A DNA stretch of 64,000 nt from positions 27,032,001-27,096,000 of the forward strand of contig OZ024764.1 of NCBI GenBank assembly GCA_964016885.1. Reading direction: 5' to 3'. The notes beneath the pieces are model-generated. The model had not been told where the DNA came from, ran no database searches, and was given only the letters and a program-made list of their open reading frames with translations. The translations under genes were made by a program, and so were the position numbers. This document shows positions 9,918 to 22,586 of this stretch, piece by piece (position 1 is the stretch's first letter; every line of letters begins with the position of its first letter). Source of the stretch: Eledone cirrhosa (lineage: Eukaryota).

Positions 9918-11116
9918 TTATTACTGTAATATAAAGTAGAAACCCTTTATTTAAACAAAGCTGCGATGCAGCGATGATCAAAACAAACTTCAAATAACAT
10001 GTGTATACGAAGTGTATCTGGAAGCTTGGTCGTATTATATGACTTTCAAATTGACCCCTATTATATTCAAATTATCCCCTGTGGGGCGTGCACCCCACGT
10101 TGAGAATCCCTCATAAATAAATATATGTGAGTGTGTTGCTATGACTGCTATTTCTAGCAGGTTTACTGCAGTCCTGTAGACGCACAACAAAAACCGGAAG
10201 TGGCAGCCATTAAAAAACTTTGGCTTAAAATCAGGCAAAAGTTTTTTAACAATTTGCCAAGAAAGATAACTCTTGTCTGACTTAATCGCAAAAATCGAGG
10301 CAAAAATTTTGCGGGTGTGCAGTTTGTTTGGTGTATTTGACTGCTATTTCTAGCATGTATGGACACTTTAGAAATAGCAGCGAAAAACGGAAAACAGCAG
10401 AAAGAAGGACACACAACTATATATATATATACCAGCTATACACTCACCCATACATATATATATATACCAGCTATACACACACCCATATCTACGTATAGGT
10501 GTGTGTGCGCGCGTGTATGTATATATAAATAAATATATTTAAATGTATATATCTGTGCATATATATATATATATATACGTGTGTGTCCTTCTTTCTTATG
10601 TTTCCCGTGTTTCGCTGCTATTTCTAAAGTGTCCATATATGCTAGAAATAGCAGTCAAATACACCAAACAAACTGCACACCCGCAAAATTTTTGCCTCGA
10701 TTTTTGCGATTAAGTAAGACAAGAGTTATCTTTCTAGGCAAATTGTTAAAAAACTTTTGCCTGATTTTAAGCCAAAGTTTTTTAATGGCTGCCACTTCCG
10801 GTTTTTCTGGTGCGTCTACAGGACTGCAGTAAACCTGCTAGAAATAGCAGTCATAGCAACACACTCACATATATTTATTTATGAGGGATTCTCAACGTTG
10901 GGTGCACGCCCCACAGGGGATAATTTGAATATAATAGGGGTCAATTTGAAAGTGATATAATACGACCCAACTCCCTGTTACACTTCGTATACACATGTTA
11001 TCGTGTATCTGGCAGCACCTGCGAGAAGTTTGTTTACATTTTGGGGTTTGCTTTGATGATCGCTGCATCTCAGCTTTGTTTAAATAAAGGGTTTCTACTT
11101 TATATTACAGTAATAA
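9918..11116. repeat. Long inverted repeat (~500-bp arms, ~160-bp microsatellite spacer)
   Basis: Mirror ORFs 10035-10238(-)/10757-10960(+) and 10163-10414(-)/10581-10832(+). The arms can be read as reverse complements. Confidence 0.95.
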
Positions 11117-11810
11117 CACTTTTACAAGACTCGGATTGTTTTTATATTAAAGGGGGACATGTTTTTTAAACTCTGAACTCAGCATCTTTCTGTTGTTCTC
11201 CGGGATTCTAGCAAAGTATAAAAATATATATATATATATATAGATATATATATATATGTGGCAGTCAACCTCAGACTCGAAAAAGCCGCCGCTAATCGTG
11301 ATCGTTGGGGTTATAATTAGACTAAAGTGCTTCCACTGGTCACTATTAGCTGGTTGTGATCATTGGAGAATTCTTTCTGCGCTGAAAGAGCCTAGGACTA
11401 AAAGATATATATATAGATGTCGAAACGGCAGTAGCACAGCCGTTGGGGTCCTGAATATTTTCACATCTATATATGTGTGTGTATTCTGCGACATTTATAA
11501 TTACATAAGCAAGCATATTTGAATAACAAAATTTGAGGTTTAAATACTTTATTTTTTACCAATAACATAGAGAAAGGCATGAACAACACCACATGTTAAT
11601 TACTTTAATATTGAAAGTAGGCTTATAAATATTAAAAAAGCAGATTTTTGTATCTTTCATGGCGGTCTGGTGGGTGATACCAGAGATGATGGTAGTCCTG
11701 GTTTCGGTTTCAATCCTGGTCATGGGTTACATATAAGGTCTCATTTTTTTTTTTTTCTTTCTTTCAGTTTTCTTCTTATCTCTAGATATAAATATATATA
11801 CATAAGGTAA

Positions 11811-11912
11811 TTTGGTAGAATTGTTAGAACATCAGATAGAATTCTTTGCAGTATTTTTCCAGTTCTTTACTCTGAGTTCAACTTTACCTTTCTTCCATTC
11901 GGTGTCGATAAG
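11811..11912 (+). mobile_element. Degenerate SINE copy (also near 31111, 33711, 45761, 48391)
   Basis: ggtagaattgttag...ctgagttcaactttacctttcttccattcggtgtcgataa is the opposite orientation of the family at 1768. Confidence 0.65.
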
Positions 11913-13314
11913 TCTTGAATATGTCTAACGTAGCAATAACTGGAGCTACTTAACCAAGTTTTCCCAACCTAGTCGATGTCACCTACTGGTTGGCTGGGAC
12001 AATGACCAACTAATCAGTCAGATTCGAACTCACTATGTCTGGCATATATTTTATATTTTATATTTGAATGAAGTTCTATAAGTAACCTGGTGGCTTAGAT
12101 GGCAATACTGCTCGAATAGATGGCTTCTATTAGGAAGTTATAAGTTCATTCCCTATCCAGCATTGTAGAATTAATTTTATTTAGTTATTATTTAATCAAT
12201 TGTTTTAACAAACAAATTATATCTATAAAACGCCAAATATAGTGAGTTCAAATCTGACTGACATGCATGGTATATATTTATGTTTCATTATACAGCGACA
12301 CAATACACAGGAACTTATAAAGATATGTATATATTGTCCAGGAGTTTCGAGTTTAGTGGGAATTGGTACAACTCTCAATTGGAGCTAGTCCCTGCAAGAT
12401 CAGCATAAATAATGTTATACCTTTTCATGAAATCTTGCACACCCGATATTTTATACATGATTATTTAAAGGTGAACAAAAACCAAAGAACATTGTGCAGC
12501 ATTTCTCAACCTTTCTACCCATGTCGATCTCTTGAAATAATTTTTATGTCTCAGGGAAGCCCTGCATAATATATACTTTTTCTATCTCTAGAGCAGTGGT
12601 TCCCAAATCGTGTGCTGCGAGATGAAACAAGATGAGCTGCAAAAGACTAAGATTAAGTTTTATGATGTGAAAAATATAAAACTGAAATTTCATATAAAAG
12701 TTCAAATATAGCTACAGCCACAAACCTAGGCTCCACACCCCGCAATGCAGAGGATAGTAAGATAGTACCAAGGCCTGACTCACCTCTTCCACTCCATTGA
12801 GACCTCTGCCATACTTGGTCCCTGTACTGCTGATTTCCTCCATAAAGTCGGGAGGAAAGACGACAGGAGCCTCATGAGGAGGGGCGACTATTGTAGCAGG
12901 TGTCTCTGGCCTTGCTCCGAGGTAACGCTTTTACGTTTCTTCCACAGGTTGCGGCTGAGGGACCACTTAGACTGGGGTGAAGTGTCTGTCCCTTCCCCGA
13001 CTTCTTACTTCTTTTTTTTTCTCCTTTTCATTTTCTTTTCTCTTCTTGCTTATCTCTGCTATACCACGGCATCAAAAACATATATGATATATGTATGTAT
13101 GGTATAGGTGTATTTATATTTAGGATAGTTATCAAAGGTAAATAGACTGGTTGGAGCAATAACAGTCTTGTTTATGTATATACACACACATATATATATA
13201 TATATATATATGTTTGTTCTTGTATTTCCATAGAAAAGGTAAAGAAAAGAAGAATGCTCTATGTATTGTACAGAGCTATTTAATTACATAATAAACAACA
13301 GAATATAATTATTC

Positions 13315-15612
13315 CATGCAAATAGACTTAGAATGGAAACATTCAGACAGAGAAGAATGGATAATGAGCGTCGTAAGAGAAATTGGCCAACAATTAATAT
13401 TAATGGAAATGTAGAAGAATTTCATATTAGTGATATGAATGTTTCGTGTGATCACTGTGGAGCTTTGAAATTTAGAAATGAAAATTGTAACTGTTGTAAT
13501 AAAGGAAAGGTTGTGTTGCCACCATTGCAAATATACCCTGAGAGACTGAGAAATCTCTTTGAAAGAGGCCAGGAAGCAGTTGATTTCACAGAAACATCTG
13601 CAATTAAAACTACATTTATTTCACTTCATTTGGTGTTACCACCCGGCAGAGGCCCGTATAGCTTTCATATTCAGGGTCAAACATATCAATACACCCCCAT
13701 CTCTGTAACCTGCAGAAAATACACCACAATATGGCCAGTTATATATTATTGATGGGAATGAAAGTGTGTAGCACAGATTGGAAGTACAACCAAATAATTG
13801 TTTCTGGCACAAGGCCAGCAATTACTGGTACTTTATTCTATCGACCTCATAAGGATGAAAACAAAGTCAACCTTGGAGGGATTTGAACCCAGAACGTAAA
13901 GGGCCATAACCCTATGCTGCAAAGCATGGTGTCTGACGCTCTACCGATACTGCCAATCCACCGCCCTAGTACCAACAAATAATGACTGCTCACCACAAAA
14001 AATGGCTATGATAAGAGAGGTGTTGCATGAATGTTATCCATATGTCGAAGTGTACAATACAATGCATGGCATCAAACAGCAAAGTTCTAGAAGAGAAAAT
14101 TGTCGTGTACAGAACTGTGAATTAAGATTTAGAAGAGGATCAGATATGAGCTGCTATAATTTACCAACTAGTAATGATAGCTGTTGTTTTGTGGGGGATT
14201 GAGGGCACACCACCTGTTCAAAGAGATATTATCATCTTTCCTAAAGACCATCCTCCTCAGAAAATACCACATAATTCATGCCACTTGGACCTCATGACCG
14301 ACCGATAATGGTGAATTTTGGTGGCATAGTGACATGGAGAGGAATGCAGGACCTGTGTTTGCAATAGACTGACAATGCAGGAGTATTACATATACTGTAT
14401 AGCATATAGAGGAGGATTTAGTGCGATATATAGGGCAGGTAAATTATTTTAGCAGTATTTAGTGGAAGCCTATATGAAAGTAGAGGGATGCAGGCTTCAA
14501 TATTTGAGGAACAATCAAGCCCAATTGTGAGTGGATGAGTATAATGGTTTAATGAATTATCTAAACAGATGATAACACTGAGCCTTAAAAAATGAAGACA
14601 AGATATGAAACAGAGAAGACATTGACAGAATCGTGTCAGCAGAAATACCTGCATTGGAAGATGATCCAGTACTACATGAGCAGGTTTAAAAGTTTATTAT
14701 CCACAGGCCATGTGGTTCTGGAAACCCTTTTCCCCCATTTATACAAAATGGATTTTTCCAAAAGAACTATCCAAAAACCTACAGAAGGGAAACATTATTG
14801 AACCTAAATGGATACCCAGAGTACAGGAGGTGCAAGACAGGAACTGCAGTGTAAATTGGATGACATTCAGTAGATAACAGGAATGTTGTGCCATTTAATG
14901 CCTTTTTGCTTAAGAAATATTGTGCACATATTAATGTTGAAGTTTGCGCTTCTGTAAAAAGTGTCAAGTACCTCTTTAAATATGTTACATGGGGCATGAT
15001 TGTACATCTATAGAAGTAACGAATAATGCATTACCTAATGAGGCTCAGAACCAACACAACCATGATGAAATAAGAACCTATCTTTGTTGCAGGTATGTGT
15101 CTCAGCCAGAAGCAGTGTTGTGTCTCTCAGAATTTAAGCTTCATGGTACATCACATACAGTATACAGCCTAGCCACACACCTGGAGAACAAACAGAGTTT
15201 ACTTTCAAAGAGGCAATGCTTACACCTTCTGGGATGCCGCCTCACAAACTCCAATTAAAAGCAGGATCAATAATAATGCTTCTATGGAATATTTCAATCC
15301 AGAACAGATTATTTTATTGGCACAAGATTAGAAGTAGTGGAACTGCATAAACATTTTATCGAAGCTTCTCATATCTATGGTCCTTTGATGGGCAGGTGTG
15401 TTTTGATCCGAAGACTGAAGTTAGTTCCCAGTGGTGCCAACATCCCTTTTACTTTGGAAAGACCCCAGTTTCCATTAAGACTGTCATATGCCATGACAAT
15501 CAACAAGAACCATGGTCAAATACATGATAAAGTGGGTCTGTTCCTCCCTGAGCAAGTATTTAACCCTGGACAATTGTATGTTGCTTTTTCAAGAGTTCAC
15601 AGACAGGTGTAA
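13315..15612 (+). mobile_element. Helitron RepHel pseudogene, copy 2 (lacks the 2.6-kb segment; extra ~60-bp deletion near 15220)
   Basis: Near-identical to copy 1 with the same motifs. Confidence 0.95.
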
Positions 15613-16101
15613 AAATTAATCCTACCAAACCCCCACCATTCCTACAACTGTTAGCTGTTAGACCACCCCCAGCACCACCCAACCTCCGTTCTAGTCCCAC
15701 CGTTAGAACCAATGCTGCTTACCCTGCCTCTTTTACTAGTTCACTCCTTCGCTCGAATTTCAAAGCTGGCCCTCTACACTTGGTCGTGCTCTCTGTGTCC
15801 GCACTAGCCGGTACCTAAACACAATAAAATGTCACCTGTGCTACCAAAACTACCACAGGAACTCTGTCGGCATCAGCAAGGCTCAAGCCGAAAGGCTTCA
15901 ATACTAGACCTGTAATCAGGGCCACTTTACCTCCGACGACCAGCTTTCTACCGATTGTGTGTTGATGGAGGGGACATGAGACCAGCAAAGTCCTAGGAGT
16001 AGAGACTAGTAAATAATAAACGGTCCTAGCTATGTTAAGAAGACAAGAGAAATAAATATTTACCTCTTTCATGTAGGTAATATAGCGGTGTTATAAAAGT
16101 A

Positions 16102-17147
16102 ATTATACGACCGGTGTAACAGTCGGTATAAATGAAAGATGTAGAAATGAAAGTTGCAACAATGACATGAATAAATATACAGTAATTTAATATGAGCAAG
16201 AATAAATATTTAATGGAATTAATTAAGTGTAATTTAATAAGAAATAAGAAATAAGTAAAACAGTGAAAGAAACAATAACAAACAAAATGGAGTCACATAA
16301 AATTTGGTTTATCTTTATAAAGCTTATTTTAAACGCGATTTTCCTTTTAAATCCGTAGCTCCGCTTACTAACCTTAGGGCTGTAACGTTACATGGTTCGA
16401 ATCTTACACTCTTCTCTATAGTGCCACACGAGTTATCTCCTAGTCTTTTTATATAGTTTCACTGTTTAGTGAAAGAGGGCGCTACGAACAGTTACTTATG
16501 TAGATGGGTGGTTAGCGATTCGGCTTACAAACATTAGCATCATGACGTTACATGGGTTCGAACCCTTCCGGCGCCTCAATTTTTCAAATAGAGTTATCAC
16601 CCATGGTTCTTTAGAGTTTCATTGCTTACTCGAAAGATGGCGGGGGGATCATCTTTTACGATGAGTAGTAAGAGACAATAATACATGGAAGGAGGAGAAA
16701 TAGAGAGAGATAGAAAGACGAATGTGTCACACACTCAATTCTCTCACCCTCTCTTTACTTTTATTACTCTATCTACCTCTACTTTCTCACCCTCTCTTTT
16801 CTTCTATTACACTTTCTTCCTCGTATTTCTCACCCTCTCTTTATTTCTATTACTCTATCTACCTCATATTTCTCACCTTATCTTTACTTCTTTTATTCTT
16901 TCTTCTTTGTATTTCTCACCCTCTATCTATCTCTTATTTCTCATCTCTCTTTACTTCTGACAGAGTGATAGATGTAAAGAGAAGGTGAGAAATAAGAGGT
17001 TGATAGATTTGGCTGTTATTTTTAACATTTTCTAATCATATGAGAGAGAGAGAGAGAGTATAAGATATATAGAGAGGGGGAAATCGCCGATGTTTACGTT
17101 GAGAAAACCTTATAAAATGTTATAAATGGGTTTATAAAGAACAGAAT
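16102..17147. mobile_element. Unclassified non-autonomous repeat with tRNA-like B boxes
   Basis: Short hairpin tatacgac..gtcggtata at the left end. ggttcgaatc (~16394) and gggttcgaaccc (~16554) B-box-like motifs. CT-rich interior. Confidence 0.35.
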
Positions 17148-17391
17148 GAGATAATCAAGACAAAGACAGATAAAATAAAATCAGCGATTTATTTATAATA
17201 TTTTAATATATTTTTCCTGGTCGTCTGCTTCCATTGATAGAGAGAGGAGTGGTGGGAGGTAGCCATAACAACCGTGGTAGCAACACTGTGGTTTTTAAAG
17301 AAGTGAATACAAGAAAAACTAAACAAGCAACAAATTTAATTTACTAAAATTAGTTTAAACATCTAAATCTTAAGAATATTAAATCTCTTAC

Positions 17392-17599
17392 CCCTTTAGC
17401 ATTCACATTACTCTATATATACTATTGTATTTTCACAGTAACGGCTTTATCTCACATAATATCGAATCTATGAGATTTCGATATTATTTATTTTCAGAAC
17501 AATACTTTAACATCAGTATGAGTGGTTAATTAGGGCTGGTTTGAACAGAAAGAGGTGAGAGAATTCTGGCCGGTTACAGCTGGTTTTAATGCTAAGGGG
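17392..17599. mobile_element. piggyBac-like MITE
   Basis: Terminal inverted repeats ccctttagcatt / aatgctaagggg, flanked by ttac and ttaa (a TTAA-type target site). Confidence 0.7.
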
Positions 17600-17605
17600 T
17601 TAAGC

Positions 17606-19790
17606 CCTTCAAGATGTGTATGACGAGAAAGAAGCCGTTTTAGAATCGTATGACATAGATAATAACTGGAATTTCTTATGTGACAACTTACTGCAGGCTG
17701 CTGAAGACACTTGTGGCTGGAGCAGAGCTCCGACCAGACAGAGAGTGACCTGGTGGTGGGACAACACGGTAGATAAGGCCATTAGAGACAAAAGACTAGC
17801 ATGGAACACTTGGATAAATGGTGGGAGTAGAGACCGATGCACAGCCGCTAAGAAAGAAGCTAGACGTCAGGTGTACTTAGCACGCAGGGAGGCTGAGAAT
17901 AGGAGGGTTGCCAATGTTCTGTGACGGGAAGATCAAAGACGTGCGGTGTTCCGCATTGCAAGCCAGTGTGTCAGTGTAAATCGGGATGTTGTTGGAGATA
18001 AATGTGTCCGGAATGATGCTGGTGTACTCAGTGTCAATAATGATCAGAAAAAGGAGGCCTGGAAATGCCATTATGAGAGGCTGATGAATGTAGAGAATGA
18101 ATGGGAGAGAGAGAAACTACCCACATTTGACCGAACAGAGGGACCAGCTATTGAGATTGTTGACTATAGGGTCAAAGAGGCAATTAAAGAAAGGAAAAAT
18201 GGTAAGGCAGCTGGACCATCAGGGATAGTTGCTGAGATGCTGAAGGCATGAGGAGAAGTAGGTACTAAACTGGTTGCAAGCATAATCAATCAAGCTATAT
18301 ATGGCGGAGTCATACCCAAAGACTGGTGCAGCAGTATTCTCATAAATTGCTACAAAGGTAAAGGGGATGCTCTGGAGAGGATCAATTATAGAGGCAGAAA
18401 ACTGATGGATCAGGTTATGAAAGTGGCAGAAAGGATATTAGAGCAACTAATTAGAGAAAGAGTCAAACTAGATGAGATGCAGTTTGGTTTTGTGCCTGGG
18501 AAAAGTACAACCGATGCCCTCTTCTTAGAGAAGAATAAGCCATTATACTTAGCTTTTGTTGACCTAGAGAAAGCCTTTGATAGTGTACCCCAGTCTGTCA
18601 TCTGGTGATCCCTAAGGAAACTAGGTGTTGAGGAATGGCTTGTGAGGACAGTACAAGCTTTGTACAGAGGTACTGTCTGTAAAGTGAGGGTAGGAATGGA
18701 GTTTAGTGAGGAATTCCAGATACAAGGAGGAGTCCATCAGAGTTCGGTCCTCAGCCCGCTCTTCTTCATTATAGTCCTCCAAGCCATAACAGAGGAGTTT
18801 AAGACTAGCTGCCCATGGGAACTTCTCTATACTGACAATCTGGTTTTTATAGCAGAATCAGTAGAGGAGCTAGAGAATAAATTCTGGCTATGGAAACAGC
18901 AGTTGGAATTAAGAGGACTGAGAGTGAACCCAGCTAAAACAAAAGTGTTGATAAGTAGAAAAAAGGACAAAACTCTGATGGCCATGTTCGATATGCAGAA
19001 AAGGAACTGGCATACATTCTATAAAATGTACACAATGCAGATCTTGGGTACACACGAGATGTAGTGGGATAGCAGGCAAACTAACAGGTAGGGAAAACTA
19101 CGTATGCAGTAGATGTACAGGGAAATTTGACAGTAGAAGTCGCATTGATAGACACATTTTTCAAATGCAAGTTGGTTCTATAAAAGTGGTTGATAGCTTC
19201 AGTACCTAGGTGATCAGATTAGTATGGGAGGGGGGGGCTGTTCCGAGGCCATAGTATCTAGAATAAGGACGGGCTGGAAGAAGTTTAGGGAGCTGCCTCC
19301 TCTGGTGACAAAGAGGGTTTCTCCCTGCATACAAAAGGTTGGTTGTTTGATGCCTGTGTGAGATGCACAATGTTGCATGGTAGTGAGACATGGGCAGCAA
19401 CTGCAGAGGATATGCGAAGGCTGAAGAGAAATGAAGCAAGCATGCTCCATTGGATGTGCAATGTCAATGTGCGTGAAAGACCAAGCATGGACGAGTTGAG
19501 AGTGAAACTCTATAAGAAGGATAAACTGCAGTGTGCGGGAGAAAAGACTGCGTTGGTATGGCCATGCGATGCGTATGCAGGATTACCGCAGGGTGAAGAA
19601 GTGCCAAGTAATCCCAGTGGGAGGAATATGCAGTAGAGGAAGACCAAGGAAGATATGGGCAGAGGTAGTGAGAGCTGACCTCAGATCGTTGAAGCTCAGA
19701 GGAGATGATGAAGGAGAGATGCTGCGCTGAAGAGGATCTGTCCCACCCTTATAAGCAGGGAAAAGTGGATGTATAATGATGATGATATAT
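17606..19790 (+). mobile_element. 5'-truncated RTE-clade LINE pseudogene (reverse transcriptase plus PHD finger)
   Basis: TWWW, KNGKAAGPSGIVAEMLK, QFGFVPGKSTTDA, AFVDLEKAFD, GVHQSSVLSP, LYTDNL (decayed YADD), GLRVNPAKTK, MLHGSETW, RLRWYGH, RGRPRK.W. 3' tail ggaaaagtggatgta(tga)n. Contains stops and frameshifts. Confidence 0.92.
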
Positions 19791-20269
19791 ATATATGTCC
19801 CACCCTTGCAAACAGGGAAAAGCAGACGTAAAATGAAAATGATGATATATATATAGATAGATAGATAGATATGTATATATATATATATATATATATTTAT
19901 ACTTATACGTCATGGTGGCTACAGGTGCCAAGAGGAAGAAGCCGGACAATCCTCTGATATTTGTTTATCTTCCTTTCCTTCGTGGGCCGCGGTACCCGGG
20001 TTTGTGGCCGAAGCGACCAAGTTGAAATCGGCCACCGGTGGTTGATATCACCAGGTTAGGAAACCCTGGTTTAGTCGCTCCAGTTATTACTTCGTTAGAC
20101 ATAGTGAGTAATTGAAATTAAAGCCTAAAGGTGTACTAAAGCCACAAACGTTTTTCTATCTATGAATTATTAGTGGTGTAAACAGATGAATTAAAGTCAA
20201 AGCTAACAAATATATCACCAAGAAGAATATCTAAGGATTTCCAAAGTGTAAAGTCAGCTCAAGCCTGGA

Positions 20270-20465
20270 GACTTATCAAGCAGGTGCCTGTCCCAGTTCC
20301 TCTAGCGTAAAGGGACTGAGAGTACATGACTTCCCCCTGGACATGATGTCAGTCCATCGCAGGGTTAACCCCCCACCTATGTGAAATTAAGTTTTTGCTC
20401 AAGTAAAACAACTAACAACACGGTCCAGGAATCGAATACACATATGATCGTAAGACCACGGGCCT
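20270..20465 (-). mobile_element. Old SINE remnant with a conserved central-domain-like segment
   Basis: ccccctggacatgatgtcagtccatcgcagggttaacccc resembles the central domain of Nin/Deu-type SINEs. A B-box-like ttcgattcc lies on the minus strand near 20430. Confidence 0.45.
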
Positions 20466-21553
20466 CCACTATCGAAGGATCTACCCTTCATTAAAGAATA
20501 AATTAGACTTATGCTTACATCGCCGACATAATTATGGTCGGAAAGGACATTACTGAAAATAAGGAATGAACAACTAAAGGAAGACAGAAACGGTCCCTCC
20601 TATCTGAAATATTAAGGAAGGAATCTACACAGGAGGGCCCATCTTCCTACCAAAAGAATTATTTTAACAAGCCTACATCCTACTGAGCCAAAGAAAGGGG
20701 CCTCATAACTAGAACATGCTTCATTTGTCCTAAATACGGAGCTGACTTTACATATAATTATATATATGTATATATATATAGTATGTGTGTGTGTGTATGA
20801 AGATGTATGACCCCTAGCAAGCCAAACTACAGTTACTCCCCAACATGGATAGCAAATTAAAACATTACCTGTTAGAGACAAACGTGAAATGATTTGTTAG
20901 TGAACTACCGGTGTAACAGTAATTATGTTACCGGTGTAACTATTTCTGTTTACCTTATTTTTAAATGACACTCCTATATTAGTTTAGTGACCTTTCAATT
21001 CAAATAAATTCTTGATGATGATTGAACTCGCATCGGAGTAGCCCAACGCCTTGGCCTCCGCGTGTGTGAGCCACATAAATGCTCTCAACGACATAGTGAG
21101 AAGAAGCCTGGACGCAGCTGAATTTCCATCTCAACTGGAGCCAGCAGGCCTAGGCCGCGGAGATGGCAAGCACCCCGAGGGAATCACCCTCTTCCCATTC
21201 GAAGGAGGTAGATCCACAAACCCCAGCATCGCTGCCCGTCTCGCAGATGAACATAAAATAAACAAATTCCGGTGTTTGTCCTGGAGCCTCTTCTAAGCAC
21301 CAGCCGCCGTCGAGACCCCGGGCCAACTTGGACCCATTACAGCGCGAGCTCCTCCGCAACATCGCAGTGTCTGTGGCCCGTCTGAGGATGGAGTCCCACG
21401 AGGTTGGATGCCTGTTGCAGCAGGTGTCACTGTCCTTACATATATATACGTAAATGTTCCCTTGACTGCTATTTCTAGCATATATTAATAGACACTTTAG
21501 AAACAGCAGCTAAAAATCAAGAAACAACAGTGTGTGTCTGTATATATATACAC

Positions 21554-21608
<55 letters not shown>

Positions 21609-21687
21609 AGCCAAAGACACGCACACACGCACATACACATACACACAGGTGTATGTCTGCGTGTATGTATATATATGTGTGTGTCTT

Positions 21688-21735
<48 letters not shown>

Positions 21736-21869
21736 CAGTGATCCCCCTCGCAACCTTTAATTAAACAAACCTGCGATGAGGCGATGATCAAAATAAACAC
21801 CAAAGTGTAAACAAACAGCACATAGGTGCTGCCGGATACACGATAACATGTGTAGACGAAGTAAAACTT

Positions 21870-22354
21870 TTATTACTGTAATATAAAGTAGAAACCCTTT
21901 ATTTAAACAAAGCTGCGTGGCAGCGATGATCAAAACAGACTTCAAAGTGTAAACAAACCTCTCGTAGGTGCGGCCAGATACACGCTAACATGTGTATACG
22001 AAGTGTAACAGGGAGTTGGGTCGTATTATATGACTTTCAAATTGACCCCTATTATATTCAAATTATCCCCTGTGGGGCGTGCACCCCACGTTGAGAATCC
22101 CTCATAAATAAATATATGTGAGTGTGTTGCTATGACTGCTATTTCTAGCAGGTTTACTGCAGTCCTGTAGACGCACAACAAAAACCGGAAGTGGCAGCCA
22201 TTAAAAAACTTTGGCTTAAAATCAGGCAAAAGTTTTTTAACAATTTGCCAAGAAAGATAACTCTTGTCTGACTTAATCGCAAAAATCGAGGCAAAAATTT
22301 TGCGGCTGTGCAGTTTGTTTGGTGTATTTGACTGCTATTTCTAGCATGTATGGA
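21870..22354. repeat. Orphan left arm of the long palindrome
   Basis: Matches about 9918-10362, then jumps to the Helitron 5' flank. Confidence 0.9.
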
Positions 22355-22450
22355 CGTAAGTACGGTATAGGTGTATTTATATTTAGGATAGTTATCAAAG
22401 GTAAATAGACTGGTTGGAGTAATAACAGTCTTGTTTATGTATATACACAC

Positions 22451-22482
<32 letters not shown>

Positions 22483-22586
22483 GTTTGTTCTTGTATTTCT
22501 ATAGAAAAGGTAAAGAAAAGAAGAATGCTCTATGTATTGTACAGAGCTATTTAATTACATAATAAACAACAGAATATAATTATTCC

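Larger units (their letters stand above)
1..12021. repeat. Macro-repeat unit U1 (~12 kb composite of transposon remnants)
   Basis: The sequence at position 1 (attcgaactcactatgtctgg) recurs at about 12022, 31338, 33937, 45988 and 48617. The ORF at 838 recurs at 12874, 32190, 34774, 46840 and 49469. Confidence 0.95.

Noticed and set aside
16490-16580. tRNA gene (also B-box-like motifs near 11705 and 29515)
   Set aside because: A/B-box-like motifs are present but no convincing cloverleaf forms. These are more likely SINE heads.
20595-20645. LSE..IKEGIYTG, reminiscent of a DNA transposon protein motif
   Set aside because: Too short and requires a frameshift, so it is unsupported without a search.
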